Shown here: piece after piece, positions 41,597 through 54,788 of the stretch
Layout: every line of letters starts with the position of its first letter
How positions within the stretch are numbered: position 1 is the stretch's first letter
NCBI GenBank assembly: GCA_964016885.1
Contig: OZ024742.1
Span: 172,546,001-172,610,000 of the forward strand
From: Eledone cirrhosa
Taxonomy: Eukaryota
Reading direction: 5' to 3'
Length of the DNA: 64,000 bases
The notes under the pieces: generated by a model
Told to the model about the DNA's origin: nothing
Database searches by the model: none
Seen by the model: the letters and a program-made list of their open reading frames with translations, nothing else
Program-made: the position numbers and the translations under genes

Positions 41597-42202
41597 TTTT
41601 ATTTTCTTTTGATCGTTTTCGAAGCCTCAACAATGCAGATGGGTAATTCTCCGGGTAACAAGATCCGGTGGCGAAGAGAGAGATGTAAGGGAATGTAGAA
41701 ATGTAGAATGAGATGTATAGTGTGTAGGAGAACGTAGGAAAGATCGTAAAAAAATAAACATAATAACATGTGATAGAGTTACCTTGGGAGAGATTTAATT
41801 GTCCCTATATTTGGGATTCACATCCATCAACTGGGGTGTTTTCCGTGGGGGAGAGGAGGTTGTCTGTCGGAGAGGAGCGGTACGTGTTCTCTGCTGTTCT
41901 TTATTCAAAACAAATAACAGCAGAGGACACGTACCGCTACTCTCTGACATATAAACCCCCCCCCCCCACGGAAAACCCCCCCAGTTGATGGATGTGAATC
42001 CGAAATATAAGGACAATTACATCTCTCCCAAGGTAACTCTATCTCGTCGTATTATTTCTATTTTTTTTTACGCTCTTTCCTATACACAATACATCTCATT
42101 CAACATTTCTAAATTCCCTTACATCTATCTCTTCACCACCGGATCTTCTTAACGGAGAATTACCCATTGTTGAAGCTTCCAAAACGACCAAGAGAAAATA
42201 AA
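41597..42202. repeat. Fold-back element (~300-bp arms)
   Basis: Inverted repeat centred near 41907, e.g. gatagagttaccttgggagagat / atctctcccaaggtaactctatc. Confidence 0.88.
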
Positions 42203-42269
42203 TCTTATTATTCCACAATGCTTCAAGCAAACTTCAATACTCTCGTATATATATATATAAAATGGAGAA

Positions 42270-42485
42270 TCAGTGATGCATATATATATATATTTATATA
42301 TTTATAATTGGTGTTGGATGCTTAAACGAAGAATCAGTGATGCATATATATATATATATATGTATAATTGGTGTTGGATGCTTAAAGGGTCCGTATGCGG
42401 CAGGCCGTATGAGCACTCGATGCTGTATGAGAGCATCGAGTGCTCATACGGCCTACCGATATGGACGTTTTAAGCATCCAACACC

Positions 42486-42495
<10 letters not shown>
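42270..42495. repeat. Short fold-back (~62-bp arms) with a partial tandem duplication
   Basis: tataattggtgttggatgcttaaa...atgagcactcgatgct / agcatcgagtgctcat...tttaagcatccaacaccaattata. The lead-in gaatcagtgatgcatata is duplicated. Confidence 0.85.
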
Positions 42496-42522
<27 letters not shown>

Positions 42523-42698
42523 ACTATTACATATCTATTATATATACATGTCTATTATAAGTTTGAAGAACTGTCAGATAAAATTCACCGAATTTTTCCT
42601 CCTAGTCCGTAGAAATTAACTAGGCAAATAATCATTTAAACGGAGCTAAATTTAAAATTTAAGTTTGAAGAAATAATAGATAAATGAAACATTCATCT

Positions 42699-42787
42699 AG
42701 TCCCGACTGTCGACAGTTTCGCTCGTACTTTGTAGAAATGTCTAAGCGTTGCATAATCCACGAGGCTCCCAGCTTTTCCAGTGACTC
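42699..42787 (-). ncRNA. Hammerhead remnant, same type as 63207-63299
   Basis: agtcac-TGGAAAA-GCT...AGC-GAAA-CTGTCGACAG-TC-gggact, with palindromic stem III. Confidence 0.55.
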
Positions 42788-43099
42788 CCCCAGTTAGGAC
42801 AGAATTTTCCAGAGTGATCACCGTTAGAAACGAATTAAAAAGGGGTGAAAATCATTGTTAGAGGAAGCAGTTAGTTACCGCCTAAAGCTTTCTCAACCGG
42901 AAGGGAGTATAGAACTAAGTCATACAGAATATTTAAAGATAATCATAGATACATACATGAGTGAGGGCTACTTTCAATGATGTGACTCGATGAATGAATA
43001 AATTAAATAAATAAACATTAATGAAAGCTATACAAAAATTATAAGTTTGAAGAATAGTCAGATATGCTTGTAAATCAAAAGTTGGTCTTAACGTTCACT

Positions 43100-45120
43100 T
43101 GCGTCCACGTTATACTTGAACAGTATCTGTTTTGGAATTACTGGCTGGGTTGTGTTTTCATTCGTTTTACCACGTCTGGCCAGTCCACTGGCTGACTTGC
43201 AAATTAGGTCACACTCGTCGCAAATATACTGCGAAAGACATCATCTCACAAGTGGCTCGATTTCTTTCGGGCTCCTATACAGTTAGATGGCTCACATATC
43301 TGGCACTTTTTAGAAGAATCTGCAGACACTGTATTTGGTTCCCGCATATAAAGAGAATGCTTCAAGTCAGCATACCCATCTCGCTTTTTTTCTAAGACAT
43401 CACATCCACACTTGATGACAATTCTTCATGATATATGACCTTCAGCCAATCTCTCACTTATTCATATTAATCTTCAGACCTTTACGATTGTCTTTCACGA
43501 CATCCCTACACCGTTTCTTTGGTTAATGATGTGATCTTTCCCTCTGGTCGGTTCCCATAAAATAAATGTTTAGGCCGCCTTCAATTTCCATCATGACCTC
43601 ATGAACATCTCAATTCCCCTGATTCATAATAATCTTCTCAAACCTGGTGCCGCGAGCTTTTGCAAGTACAGCAACATCAGGTGTGTAGAGGACCACTTGA
43701 TGTTCAGGACTCATCTCCAAAAATGCTGATGAATCATTTCCAGTTGCTTGATATGAAACATTGTCGGCGTCGTTTCCCAGCTCTATAGCAACGCAGTAAG
43801 AACACAGGACATATACACAGAGAGTTTTGTGATTCTTGTGATACCACCATCTGATCAAACTAACTTCTCAAACTTCCAGAAGGCAACAACTGCTTTTACA
43901 ATCATGTAATTGATTTTAGCATCGTGGGTACCATCTCCAGTAAGTTTACTTCCGAGATATGCAAAGCTGTCGACCACGTCAATATATCTTCCCCCAAAAA
44001 TATCTGGTTTCACATACACATCCCTAACTACGTCTCCTCGATGGAACCAGCGCAGATCCATTTTATTTGACCTTTCAGTTTTTCTTGCAGAGCAGGATCA
44101 CCATGCCATACAGACAAAACTAGCCTATGAATGAATATCCATAGCAACACTGTTCTCTCCAAAGCGGAACAGTACAACATGTATGCTATCCAAACCTGAA
44201 GATTTCTATGTGTATATCTCTTTGATAGTATACCTTATCTCACCAATGATTGGATCATTCATAATCTCTTCCACAATCTCCTTTTGCGACTCTCCAATAA
44301 TAATTTCTCCATCAACTAAAGATGGATTGTCAAACAGTTCTTTAAATTTTTCAAACCACCGACTCATGATTCCTGCCAGATCCTTGATGAGAACGTTCCT
44401 ATAATTTGGCATAAATCGTGCTACACTTGAGGGCTCTGAGCTAAAATCTGCCATGTTTGTGCAGCAAAATGTCTTCAAGTCTATGCAGATAGACAATTCC
44501 TGTATCACTTCTGAAACTTCATATCACCCGTTATTCTTTCGAGGTTTTGATTAAAGGTTTCACTTTGCTTATTTGAAGACTTTCTCAAAAATGGTTCTCC
44601 CTGGACATTCGACAAGGCACATCTCATACATCGTTTTCTTCTCATCAATGAGTATGATGATTGCAACAACATTATCAAATTATTCTTGAGGTTGTATGTT
44701 CTTAAGCCCACGTATATCACTCCAGCTCTATAACACATGTTTTAAACTGTTCCCATTTCCACCAAAGCCAAGGTTGTCAAGTGCATTATGAAGATCATCC
44801 TGTATGTTTTAACTTTACGGTTTTGACACATCTATAAGTGTTTGCACTCGTACACCTGCTGGCCTCAGTCTTCTTCTGATGTACATTCTCATCTTGCTGG
44901 ATACAGGTTTAAAGTCTGTGGCACATCCTTTTGCTGTTAATAGTTTATATTTGCAAAATGGGAAGTCCATTAGCATTCATACTGTCCATGCCGTGACGTG
45001 CTACACCAGCCTCGTAAATCTTGGTAAAATCCATGTTTGATTCCTGCCTATTGTCCAGGCTTGGATCATACACTAAAATAAATCATGAAACGGATCGCCA
45101 TTGAGGTTGCCTAATTGGGT
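43100..45120 (-). mobile_element. Old RTE-clade LINE, heavily decayed
   Basis: RWFEKFKELFD and IDVVDSFAYLGSKL...DAKINYMIVKAVVAFWKFEKLV (RTE post-RT region). Confidence 0.72.
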
Positions 45121-45544
45121 TGCCAGTTTAATCACCAACTACACAACAATGCAACAGGTTTTACTGTTTTACATGTTAGCAGTAACACTCAGGAGAGAAC
45201 TGACACACATACATGCATACATACATACTTATAAATAGGTATAAATATATATGAGTAATCTTTTGCACAGAGCAATATTTCTACATATATAAATAAATAT
45301 AGAACATATCTGTAAAAGACTGACTGTGTGCGAATGTGTATGCTAATGTTAGGTCTGTTAATTTATAGAATTAGAAACAGCAAACAATTAGACACGGGGA
45401 GTGGTAAATAGGTTTAACTTTGGTAGTAATTCCGTTCAATACATGTTGGTTTGTCTGGGTTTAAGTTTCATCTTCAGTGGCATTTACAATATAATTGAAG
45501 TCAGGGAAAGCGAAACTGACTCCCAATCGCGAACACACACATGC

Positions 45545-45645
45545 ACGTGTGCGTGAGTGTGTGTGTGTTTATGTGTGAGTGTGTGTGTGTGTGTGTGTGA
45601 GTGTGTGATAGTGTGTGTGTTTGTGTGCGTTTGTCTGTGTGTCTG

Positions 45646-45734
<89 letters not shown>

Positions 45735-47053
45735 GTGTGTGTATGTATGCATGTATATATATATATATATATATATCCCTCAAAAGTTCAAATCCCATAT
45801 AAATAAGTCAATTGGTAAGACCTTCCCTGGTGCGGATTTGAACAGTCATTATGATTTTGTCTAAATGATTATATCGAAAATAAAGTACATTGTATCCTTA
45901 TTTAACTGCTAAGCAAGAAACATATGCGACACTAATCTTTTTCTACCAAATTCATAGACTTCAAATATATCTTATCGAAATATGGTGCAAGATGAATTAT
46001 TATAACATCAATAGTAAACTTCAATGCAGTGCCACAGTATGGTCGCAGTTTACTAACAGAAACATAAATTGAACTAAATAAATCTACCAATCTCAGTTTT
46101 CCTTTTAGCATACTATACAAAATGTACAAGTTTTAGATGTTATTAAACATGATATGTTACTGCCTTGAGTATTCGTATATTACGTTCGTTCTTATATCGT
46201 ATTTTAGACATTTTTTTATGTTAACATGTTTGAAAATTGACGAATGTATTCAGATATCTTCCTGTATAATTTCTGTTTGTGTGGCTTATTTAATCAACAT
46301 AGCAAATGTTGAATTATATTTTAACTCACTAAATATTCTGCTTCCGAGAGTGTCAGTGTGAGAATGTGTGCGTGTGTGTATGACAGTTGTGTGTGAGTGT
46401 GCGAGTGTACATGTGCTTGTGCAAGGGTGCATGTGCGAGCGCAATTGTGCGTCTTTGGGAAGCATGTGCGCGGGTGCACAAATGCAGTAGCGTGTGAGTG
46501 CAGGAGTGTGCGAGTTTACGTGTGTGCATGTGCAGACGTGTGCTTGTGCGATGAGAAGTGAGCGCGTGAGTGCGTGATTGCGTCGTTGCTCAAGAGCGGG
46601 AGAGTGCGTGTGCGAGAGTGAGTGCGCAAGTGAAGGGGTGTGCGAGTGTCCGAGTACGCATATGCAGTATTACGTGAATGCGCAAGTGCGGGAGGAAGTG
46701 AATGTGCATGCGGAGACGTGCGAGAGTAAGTGCGGGTGTGCGTGAGTGTGGTAGTTCGAGTGAGAGCACGGGTGTGTGTGTACGTCACTGCCATTGCATG
46801 AGTGCGTAAATGTGGGTGTGCGCAAGTGCGGGAATGTGAGTGTTTGTAAGTGTTCGAGTGCGGCAGTTGGCAAGTATGGCAGTGTTTGTACGAGCGTGAA
46901 CGTTAATCTGAACTCTGTGACTGAATGCGTGTGAATGAGTAGGTGTGGTTGTCAGCGTGTGAATGTGTGTTTGAATGTGAGTGTGTGAAAGTGTGCGTGT
47001 GTCTCTCTCTGTGTGAATATGTGTGTGTGTGTGTGTGTATGTGTGTGTGGGTG

Positions 47054-47091
<38 letters not shown>

Positions 47092-47190
47092 TGTGAATAT
47101 GTGTGTGTTTCTCGTAGTGTGAATGCATCTGTGTTTTTGAGAGTGTGGATGAGTGTGAATGTGTGAGTGTGAATGTGTTTTTTTTAGTGT
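45545..47190. repeat. (GT)n microsatellites and a degenerate GT/GC-rich low-complexity tract (46360-47190)
   Basis: Direct inspection. Confidence 0.8.
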
Positions 47191-47354
47191 TAGTGAATAT
47201 GTCTATATGCGTTGTAATTACCCTGAAAGTGGCTGAGACTTTCAGAAAGAGGCAGGTGTACATCTAAATGTTTTCATTAAAGAGATTAAGCATCACACAC
47301 TTTCATGAGTCGACATTTGAATTACAGATAAAACTATTTTCCAGCAGAGTGAAA

Positions 47355-47430
47355 CTGGACACAATGCGCCGCTGAAAATCAAACTCACGACCTTACGATT
47401 CTAGGACAAACACTCTAACCACTAAGCCGT
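47355..47430 (-). mobile_element. tRNA-derived SINE head remnant (other family)
   Basis: rc CGGCTTAGTGGTTAGAGTG...GTCGTGAGTTTGATTT...GCATTGTGTCC has A/B boxes. Confidence 0.5.
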
Positions 47431-47450
47431 ATGCATTTAACTTACTACAA

Positions 47451-47635
47451 ATAATTGTTTCCCTTTTGGCACTAGGCCAGCAATTATCCCAATACATTAC
47501 TGGCGCTTTATTTTATCGACCTCGTAAGGCTGAAAGGGAAAGTTAACCTCGGCGGGATTTGAACTCAGTCCGTAAAGGGGCGCAACTCTATGCTGCAAAG
47601 CATGATGTCCAACCCTCCACCGATACTGCCAATTC
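47451..47635 (-). mobile_element. SINE family A with TSD
   Basis: rc matches the consensus; acttactacaaataat is duplicated. Confidence 0.9.
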
Positions 47636-48072
47636 ACTACCTACTTACTACAAATAATGTACTTTTCGCCACAGTCAGACTGAATATCAAATGTTGAACG
47701 TAGGCCTTTGTATACTAATTGCGTGAATACTGATTATTTTTGAAAACCTTGTTTAAGAAAATTTCATTCCAAGTAGAATTTTTTCTTATTTGATATTTAT
47801 CAATCGACAAACTCTTTAATAAACACTGCTCTGTTCTTAATGTATATCACAGCCGTGATGGTGTTAGCTAACTCAGGATTATTTGTTCTAACTGGATTTT
47901 GCGACTATGAAATAAAGTTCATTTGGTTTCCTTGCTTAGCGGTTAAGTTTTCTCAATGTCTTGCCAAATGGTTAATACCTGAAATGCTGTTGAAGCTAAA
48001 GTTACTTATCTCATTCGATGTTAACTTATAACAGGCGAAAGTAAAATCACACACATATACACACTCACAGAG

Positions 48073-48103
<31 letters not shown>

Positions 48104-48658
48104 GAAAAAGAGGGAGATATATATAAAAGAAATAGTATAGAAGTAATACAAATTAAAATAACGTAGGAGATTTGAATAGAAAGATCTTTTATATTTGGCT
48201 GTGAAAATAGAATGAAACGAAGAATAAAAAAACAAAACAAACAGAAAGAATGTGAAAGTCTAGTTTCAAGTGGATAGATAATTTGACGCCAGGAATTACT
48301 CGACTGGCAAGCTAAGTTCTTTAGGAAAGATAAAAAAAAAGTTTTAATAAAATCAATGACATTCTCATAGCCCTCTGCTTAAATTTACTTGTGTCGACTT
48401 GGCATCATAACTTTAGCTCCAGACGTGACACAGTTGCCTAACGAGTGATAATAGTACTAATATTTCATAGGTTCAAACCACTTGATCAAATTTGCTTTTC
48501 TTTTGCAGCCTTCGGCGATGTCTTCGTCTGTCTCTATATGCACGTGTATGAGTGTATTTGCGACGGTGTGTACTTACAGGCGTGCGACTCTGTGTATCTG
48601 CCTACGTGTGAGTTTGTGCATGCGTGCCTGTGTCTATGTGTGTGCATCTCTGTGTGTA

Positions 48659-48703
<45 letters not shown>

Positions 48704-48960
48704 ATGCGGCTCGCTACGACAAATCAGAAGTCTTGACGGAAAAGAATATTGAATATTTTATGCAATCTCGATAAAATAGGTTATTGTGATTTGTTCTCTG
48801 GTAGATTCTGACGTGTGTATGTCTCGGTGTGTGAGTTTGTGTCTAGTGTGTAGCACATTTAGCTAGAAACGGACAAAATACACACGTATAATCACACACA
48901 TACGCACACACACACAGACATATATATATCTGTGTGTATATATATATATGTGTGTATATA

Positions 48961-49051
<91 letters not shown>

Positions 49052-50419
49052 CCATGTGAATGCATTTTTTATGAATGTATGTCTGTTACTGCGATTGTAC
49101 ATGTGTGTGCGTTTGTGTGGACGTGTCAGTAACCATGTCTTTATCGCTGTGTATGGTATCGGTGATATCTCATAAGTAGCGACTAAATAACGATATATAT
49201 TGTTACAATTCGTATATATTAGCATTCGAATGTATGTGTGTGTGTTTGAATCCTTGTTTAAGAACACGCAGTTTGTAGAGAAGCTATACGTATTGAGCCA
49301 TTTTTGAAGGAATATATCGGTGTAAGTTAAACAATGTTTGAGTGTATAGGCTAGTGTAATCATAATAGTGGTGAGTCGTAAGAACGTGGGATGCAATGCT
49401 TTGCGGTATTTTTTCCGGCTATTTCCATTATGTGTTCAAATCTCGTAGAGGCCATCTTAGTCTTTCATCATTATCAGGGGGCTAAAATATTATTTCAACA
49501 TTCTGATCATTTCTCCCCTGTCTGGAAGAATCCGGTGGTTTTTAAGCCTGGAAAGGGAAGCGCTTCGTCAGGGGAAAATGTTACCGCGGCTCCATACGAC
49601 AACATAAGAGTTCAAGTGCCGGTTCAATGAATCCAAAGGCTTGTTACTGGTCGTATCGATATAAATGAATTTAATTGAATTGTGTGTCATAACAGAAGAG
49701 TTTCTATAATTGTTGTTACGTCTCACTGACGAGGATTACATTACTGTTCTAAATACTGTTTTATCTGGAGGATTGAACATTAGCCCTGACATGTGGATTA
49801 CCTCCACGACCATTGAGGTCAACTCACAATCTTGTGAAAATAAATACACCAACACACAAAGTATTTAAACGATTTAGTAGCATTAATAATAATGGTCACT
49901 GGTCATAAGAATTGGAAGGATACCTGAAATGATAATGGCCTTCTTTGGAGAAACTAACATAGGCATCATTTCCAATTTATATGTAGAACTACCTAAACCA
50001 TATTAAATAATATATACAAAGACACAATATTAAACATATTACAAATAAGCTAACTAACGTTTTGAAAATGGTTTGGGAGTATTACGGAGTAGTTGACGTT
50101 TGCAGTCTACATAGTACGTAAATATATCACAAGAGTGTAGCTATCCTCAAATATGAGGCATGTACATCATTAACCTTTTACACAAAATAACTATGTGGAT
50201 ACAGAATGTTTGCAGATATAAACTACCGGTTGTAAAATGTCGACTTAGAGTATTTAGATTATACTCCAAATAGGAAAACGAACAACAATCAACAGAAAAT
50301 ACTGAAACAAACAAATTGGCCAGGCAAAAAATACGCAGAAAATAGGGTGTAGCAAGTAGATCAGAAACAACATACATTAAAAATTTACAAACTAATATGC
50401 ATACAAACTATAGAAAATT

Positions 50420-52440
50420 TTAACCATCTTCTTTGACCACTTACGTCCTCAAGCACGCCTCCCAACTGATGGTGCCAGAAGCAACCGTTTGTTCATTCGG
50501 CTAAATCCCCAAGAGCAGAATTCCGTGCTCATATATGTTATCCAAATAATTTGCTCGAGATCTAAGTCGGGGCCTCCTGTCGTTTGGTTTTGCTTGTGAA
50601 ATCAACCGAATGAATATTTCCTTATAAATACATCCCACATATCCGTAGTTTCGGAGTAGTTATCTCTCAATTAGAAGCAGCAGCTCTATTTGTTGCAACT
50701 CATTGATACCCTAGCTATATCATTATTCATTCAGTTGTTCTCAAACATTCATAACCATAATATAGGTTGTGGAACCAATACATAATTGAAGATAGTAAGT
50801 TTGGCTTTTACACTTACTTTTTTTTTTCTAAGACCAAATTTGTAAGCTGGTGCATTACTGTATCAGTTCCTGTAATTCTTGAATTTATTCCAGCTTTCTG
50901 TTTTCCATCACTCGCGAAAGGGATCCTGAGGTACTTGAACATCTCCATTTTATTCAGTCCAAAATAATTCACTTCTAGGGTGAAGTAAGCAAGCTTCCTT
51001 GGATGAGGACGAGTGTCTCAATCTTCATTCATGTAGTGCAACACTCGGCAGCAAACCTCTCATGTCTATGTCAGCGATCACCTTCCAAATAGTTAAGTAG
51101 CGCTTTGTCTTTTCAAATTCCAGTTGACTGATCCTACACCTGTTAAACTTGATAGAACTTCCAGTCTGGATGTACATCATTCTTAGTTATGACAATTACC
51201 TTCAGAAGAGGGGAGAGTACGCACTCCTGTCGTAGTCAGACAGCCACATTGATTTATCTGAACACATAATATGTTATAGGTATACATATTTCAGGGCAAA
51301 ATGAAGATATCGTCCAATAACATACTCATACAGAACTCTCAACAAAGGCTTGTGAAGGTGTACAACATTTGTCTTGTGAAGGCGTACGACACACGCATAC
51401 ACCTCCTGGCACTTTTCCCACAATTTTTCAACGACCTGCCGCAATTTATATATTCGGTCGGCAGTACTGCCTCTGGGCCGAAAACCACAGTGCTCGGAAG
51501 CTATCTAGGAATTAACAATACACTTATAGGTTTTTGACAGAAGCTCAGCATAGACTTCACCAGGGAGGCTTAATAAAGAGATCCCTATATAATTAGAGAA
51601 ATCTCTCTTATTTTAGTTTTTGATAACTGGGATTATCACCATTGATTAGATACCTGTCCTGAGATCTTGGCGACACGGCACACCCAGGTCAGCCAGAGAA
51701 GACCTTCACTAAGACATTTCATATCACAGGCAGTTTTTAACCTCCCCAACGCCTTGCTCTAAAATTGATCTGGCCACCTCAGCCACCGAAAATATACTTA
51801 TCCCTTCCTGATGCATTACAATATACAGCAGATGTTGTTCTGACCGGGTTTATTAGATCAGCAATTTTCCACGTGAGGATGCACTTTTCTGAAGAGAGAA
51901 GACTTGCTATTACGAAGTCGATGGAAGGTCTACCAGAATAATTTATTTGCAGATCCAATCTCGGTATGTAGTTTATCCCAAAAGTATTTCCACATCTTAC
52001 ACCTTAACTTTAGATACATTTTTCTCCATTTACTGTGACTTTTCCTTTCGAAATGTAGCGTAAGTACATGAAGGGGTAGTTATTTCCAATCGTATCTTTG
52101 AAAGCCTCTTTATTTGTTCTTGTGTTATTCTTGACCTCGTTATTGAAGCAATGAGTCTTACTGCCCGCTGCCACCATAGCATGCGCTTTCGCCTGAGGCA
52201 TTTAATACCTGAGTAGAAAATTATGATCTTAACACTACGTTTCAATGTACTCACGTTGCTCAGTGTTTTCTGAATTTGGATGCAATAGTATCCGCACCTG
52301 GTCCTGATTTAGCCAACACTTCCCACTTTATCCTGTAGGTCGAGTTGGTTATGGTAGATTTTTGTTGTTCTTGCATTTTAAGTAGTTTCAGGTTTCGTAT
52401 AACTAGATTGTGTTCAATTGACAGCTCTACTCATCTGTGA
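50420..52440 (-). mobile_element. Old RTE-clade LINE, decayed
   Basis: Minus frames give CGFRPRGSTADRIYKLRQVVEKLWEKCQEVYAC, LRQECVLSPLL and FKYLRI. Confidence 0.72.
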
Positions 52441-53231
52441 ACAGGGACAGAAAACATGAAAAATATAATCTATTAAGATCGAAAATATAAAACTATACTT
52501 CTGGTATGTGGATTGACATGCAATCTGCTATTATATCACACATACATATGAAATAAAACTAGATATAAACATACAAGCAGTGACATATCTATATTTTCCA
52601 TTATTTTTAAGTATAAATGATTAATGGAAGCACCATGCCAAAACTGAGACAACAGACATAGCACAAAAATGAACACTCGAATTATAATGCATAGATCTAC
52701 CGTTCACACAATTGAAATCTGGTGACAATATCTAAAACAATTTCATATTAGTTGCAAGGAAAGTGGGCTAAATATAAAATATGTGTAACATTTTGTTGAT
52801 AATTGTATTTTATAATAATCCCGACATACCAATGGCTCATAAATGGAGAAATTGCTTGATAGTGAGCGTTATTTTATACCATGTTACAATTATGGCTTTG
52901 TGAAATATCAAATATTAACATTCTTATTTTACACTCTACGATTGGTAATTATTCTCCTTTAAAAAAATTACTCAACATGTGTTTCGGAAGAGTATCAGGT
53001 TTATTTGCAATGATTAGGGTTGTATATAAAGCCTCGTTGCTGGGTGATGTCTTTGGGGAACAAGGGAATGGGGAGACTGAATGGATAAATTATATGGGAA
53101 GAAGGAAGTCAAACTAGAGGGATTGTGCGTAAGACTGGTAAACTGTGGATCTGTAGCGAACGAAGGAGTATGGTTGGTATACGCCCAATACACAGCTTAT
53201 TTCTCGTCCCAATCAACAACGATGAATCATT

Positions 53232-53281
<50 letters not shown>

Positions 53282-54296
53282 GTGTGTTTGTGCTTATATA
53301 TTTCTTCATTTTCATGACCATTAGTAATAAGCTATACTTAATTTCTGCATATGATATTACGGTAAATTTTCAGATTGGCTTCATAAATTTCCTATTAGAT
53401 AAACTCACAGCAACATGTCAAATGTTTCAGCCGAGTTTCATTTATAAAAAGTATACAAATATGAACTATTATTTCAAAGGATTCACGCCAATCGTTATGT
53501 GCAATATGTTTACCATGTATTTCAAAACGGTTATACTAACCAAGATACTCCATCATATTTCGTACTCAAGGTGATTGAATAGGATATGATATTGCAATTT
53601 TAAAACCACAACACGGATTATAATTATAATTCAAACGAAACCATTGATTCAATTATAACCAAAATAATTATGAAATATTTGAAAAAATAATACAGATAAA
53701 AGGAAAAAAATTATTATTATAAAACATTTGAAAAATCTTAATAATCATAATGAAATTTCAAAAATTAAAAAAGCTTAATTAACATTTCTATTATGTTAAG
53801 GCATATTTAATCACGAACGACTCGTATATATTACGTTACGCATTACATGAAATATGTAAATACATATTTATGAACTCCTGAACGTATTTTTGATTCGTGG
53901 TTTAGTTTTCCACATGCAAGAAAATCGTGAAAGGTCGCATGTTTGGTTGTTTATATGATTTCTAGGGGCATAAACTTTAATTGAAATAAGTGCAAACATG
54001 ATTCAGATCAGTGTCATGTGTATAGCTCACTTTGCAATTAGTTAATTGCATAATTTTTCAAAAGGATCAGTACAAACATGTTTTGCTTTTACATATTTCA
54101 ATTATTTGACTGCGGCCGTGCTGTATTCAACAACATTAGTGAATAATATTTCTCAGTAATTTATTTTTCAAGACAAATTGATATTTATCGAACAATATTT
54201 ACCTTACCTGTATATTACATAAATAATGCTTCGTTATTCAGGTATGATGCGTATTTAATGGGTACCCGTTTTTGTAGGAACGCCAAGAGTCAAGAA

Positions 54297-54338
54297 CGAC
54301 GTATGTATAGCAAACATAATACATGTGTTTGAATATAT

Positions 54339-54434
<96 letters not shown>

Positions 54435-54476
54435 ATATATTCAAACACATGTATTATGTTTGCTATACATACGTCG
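54297..54476. repeat. Perfect inverted repeat around a pure (AT)n tract
   Basis: cgacgtatgtatagcaaacataatacatgtgtttgaatatatatacatac-(AT)n-gtatgtatatatattcaaacacatgtattatgtttgctatacatacgtcg. Confidence 0.9.
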
Positions 54477-54485
54477 CTATACATG

Positions 54486-54517
<32 letters not shown>

Positions 54518-54712
54518 TTATTTCTAATTAACATTTACATATCAACATACACCCACACATATATATTTCTTATTTTAATCATGTTATACTAATTTTCTTT
54601 TGCTTTCCGCCGAATATATTGGGTTTTAACCTTTTTTTCTTCTCTGTACATAATTATTTTCTCAATGTTATCCGTAGGTTTATCTGCCTATGTCATTCTC
54701 TGCATACATTGT

Positions 54713-54788
<76 letters not shown>

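Noticed and set aside
42360-42495. Hammerhead in the short GC-richer hairpin
   Set aside because: The palindrome is real but neither strand has a core motif.
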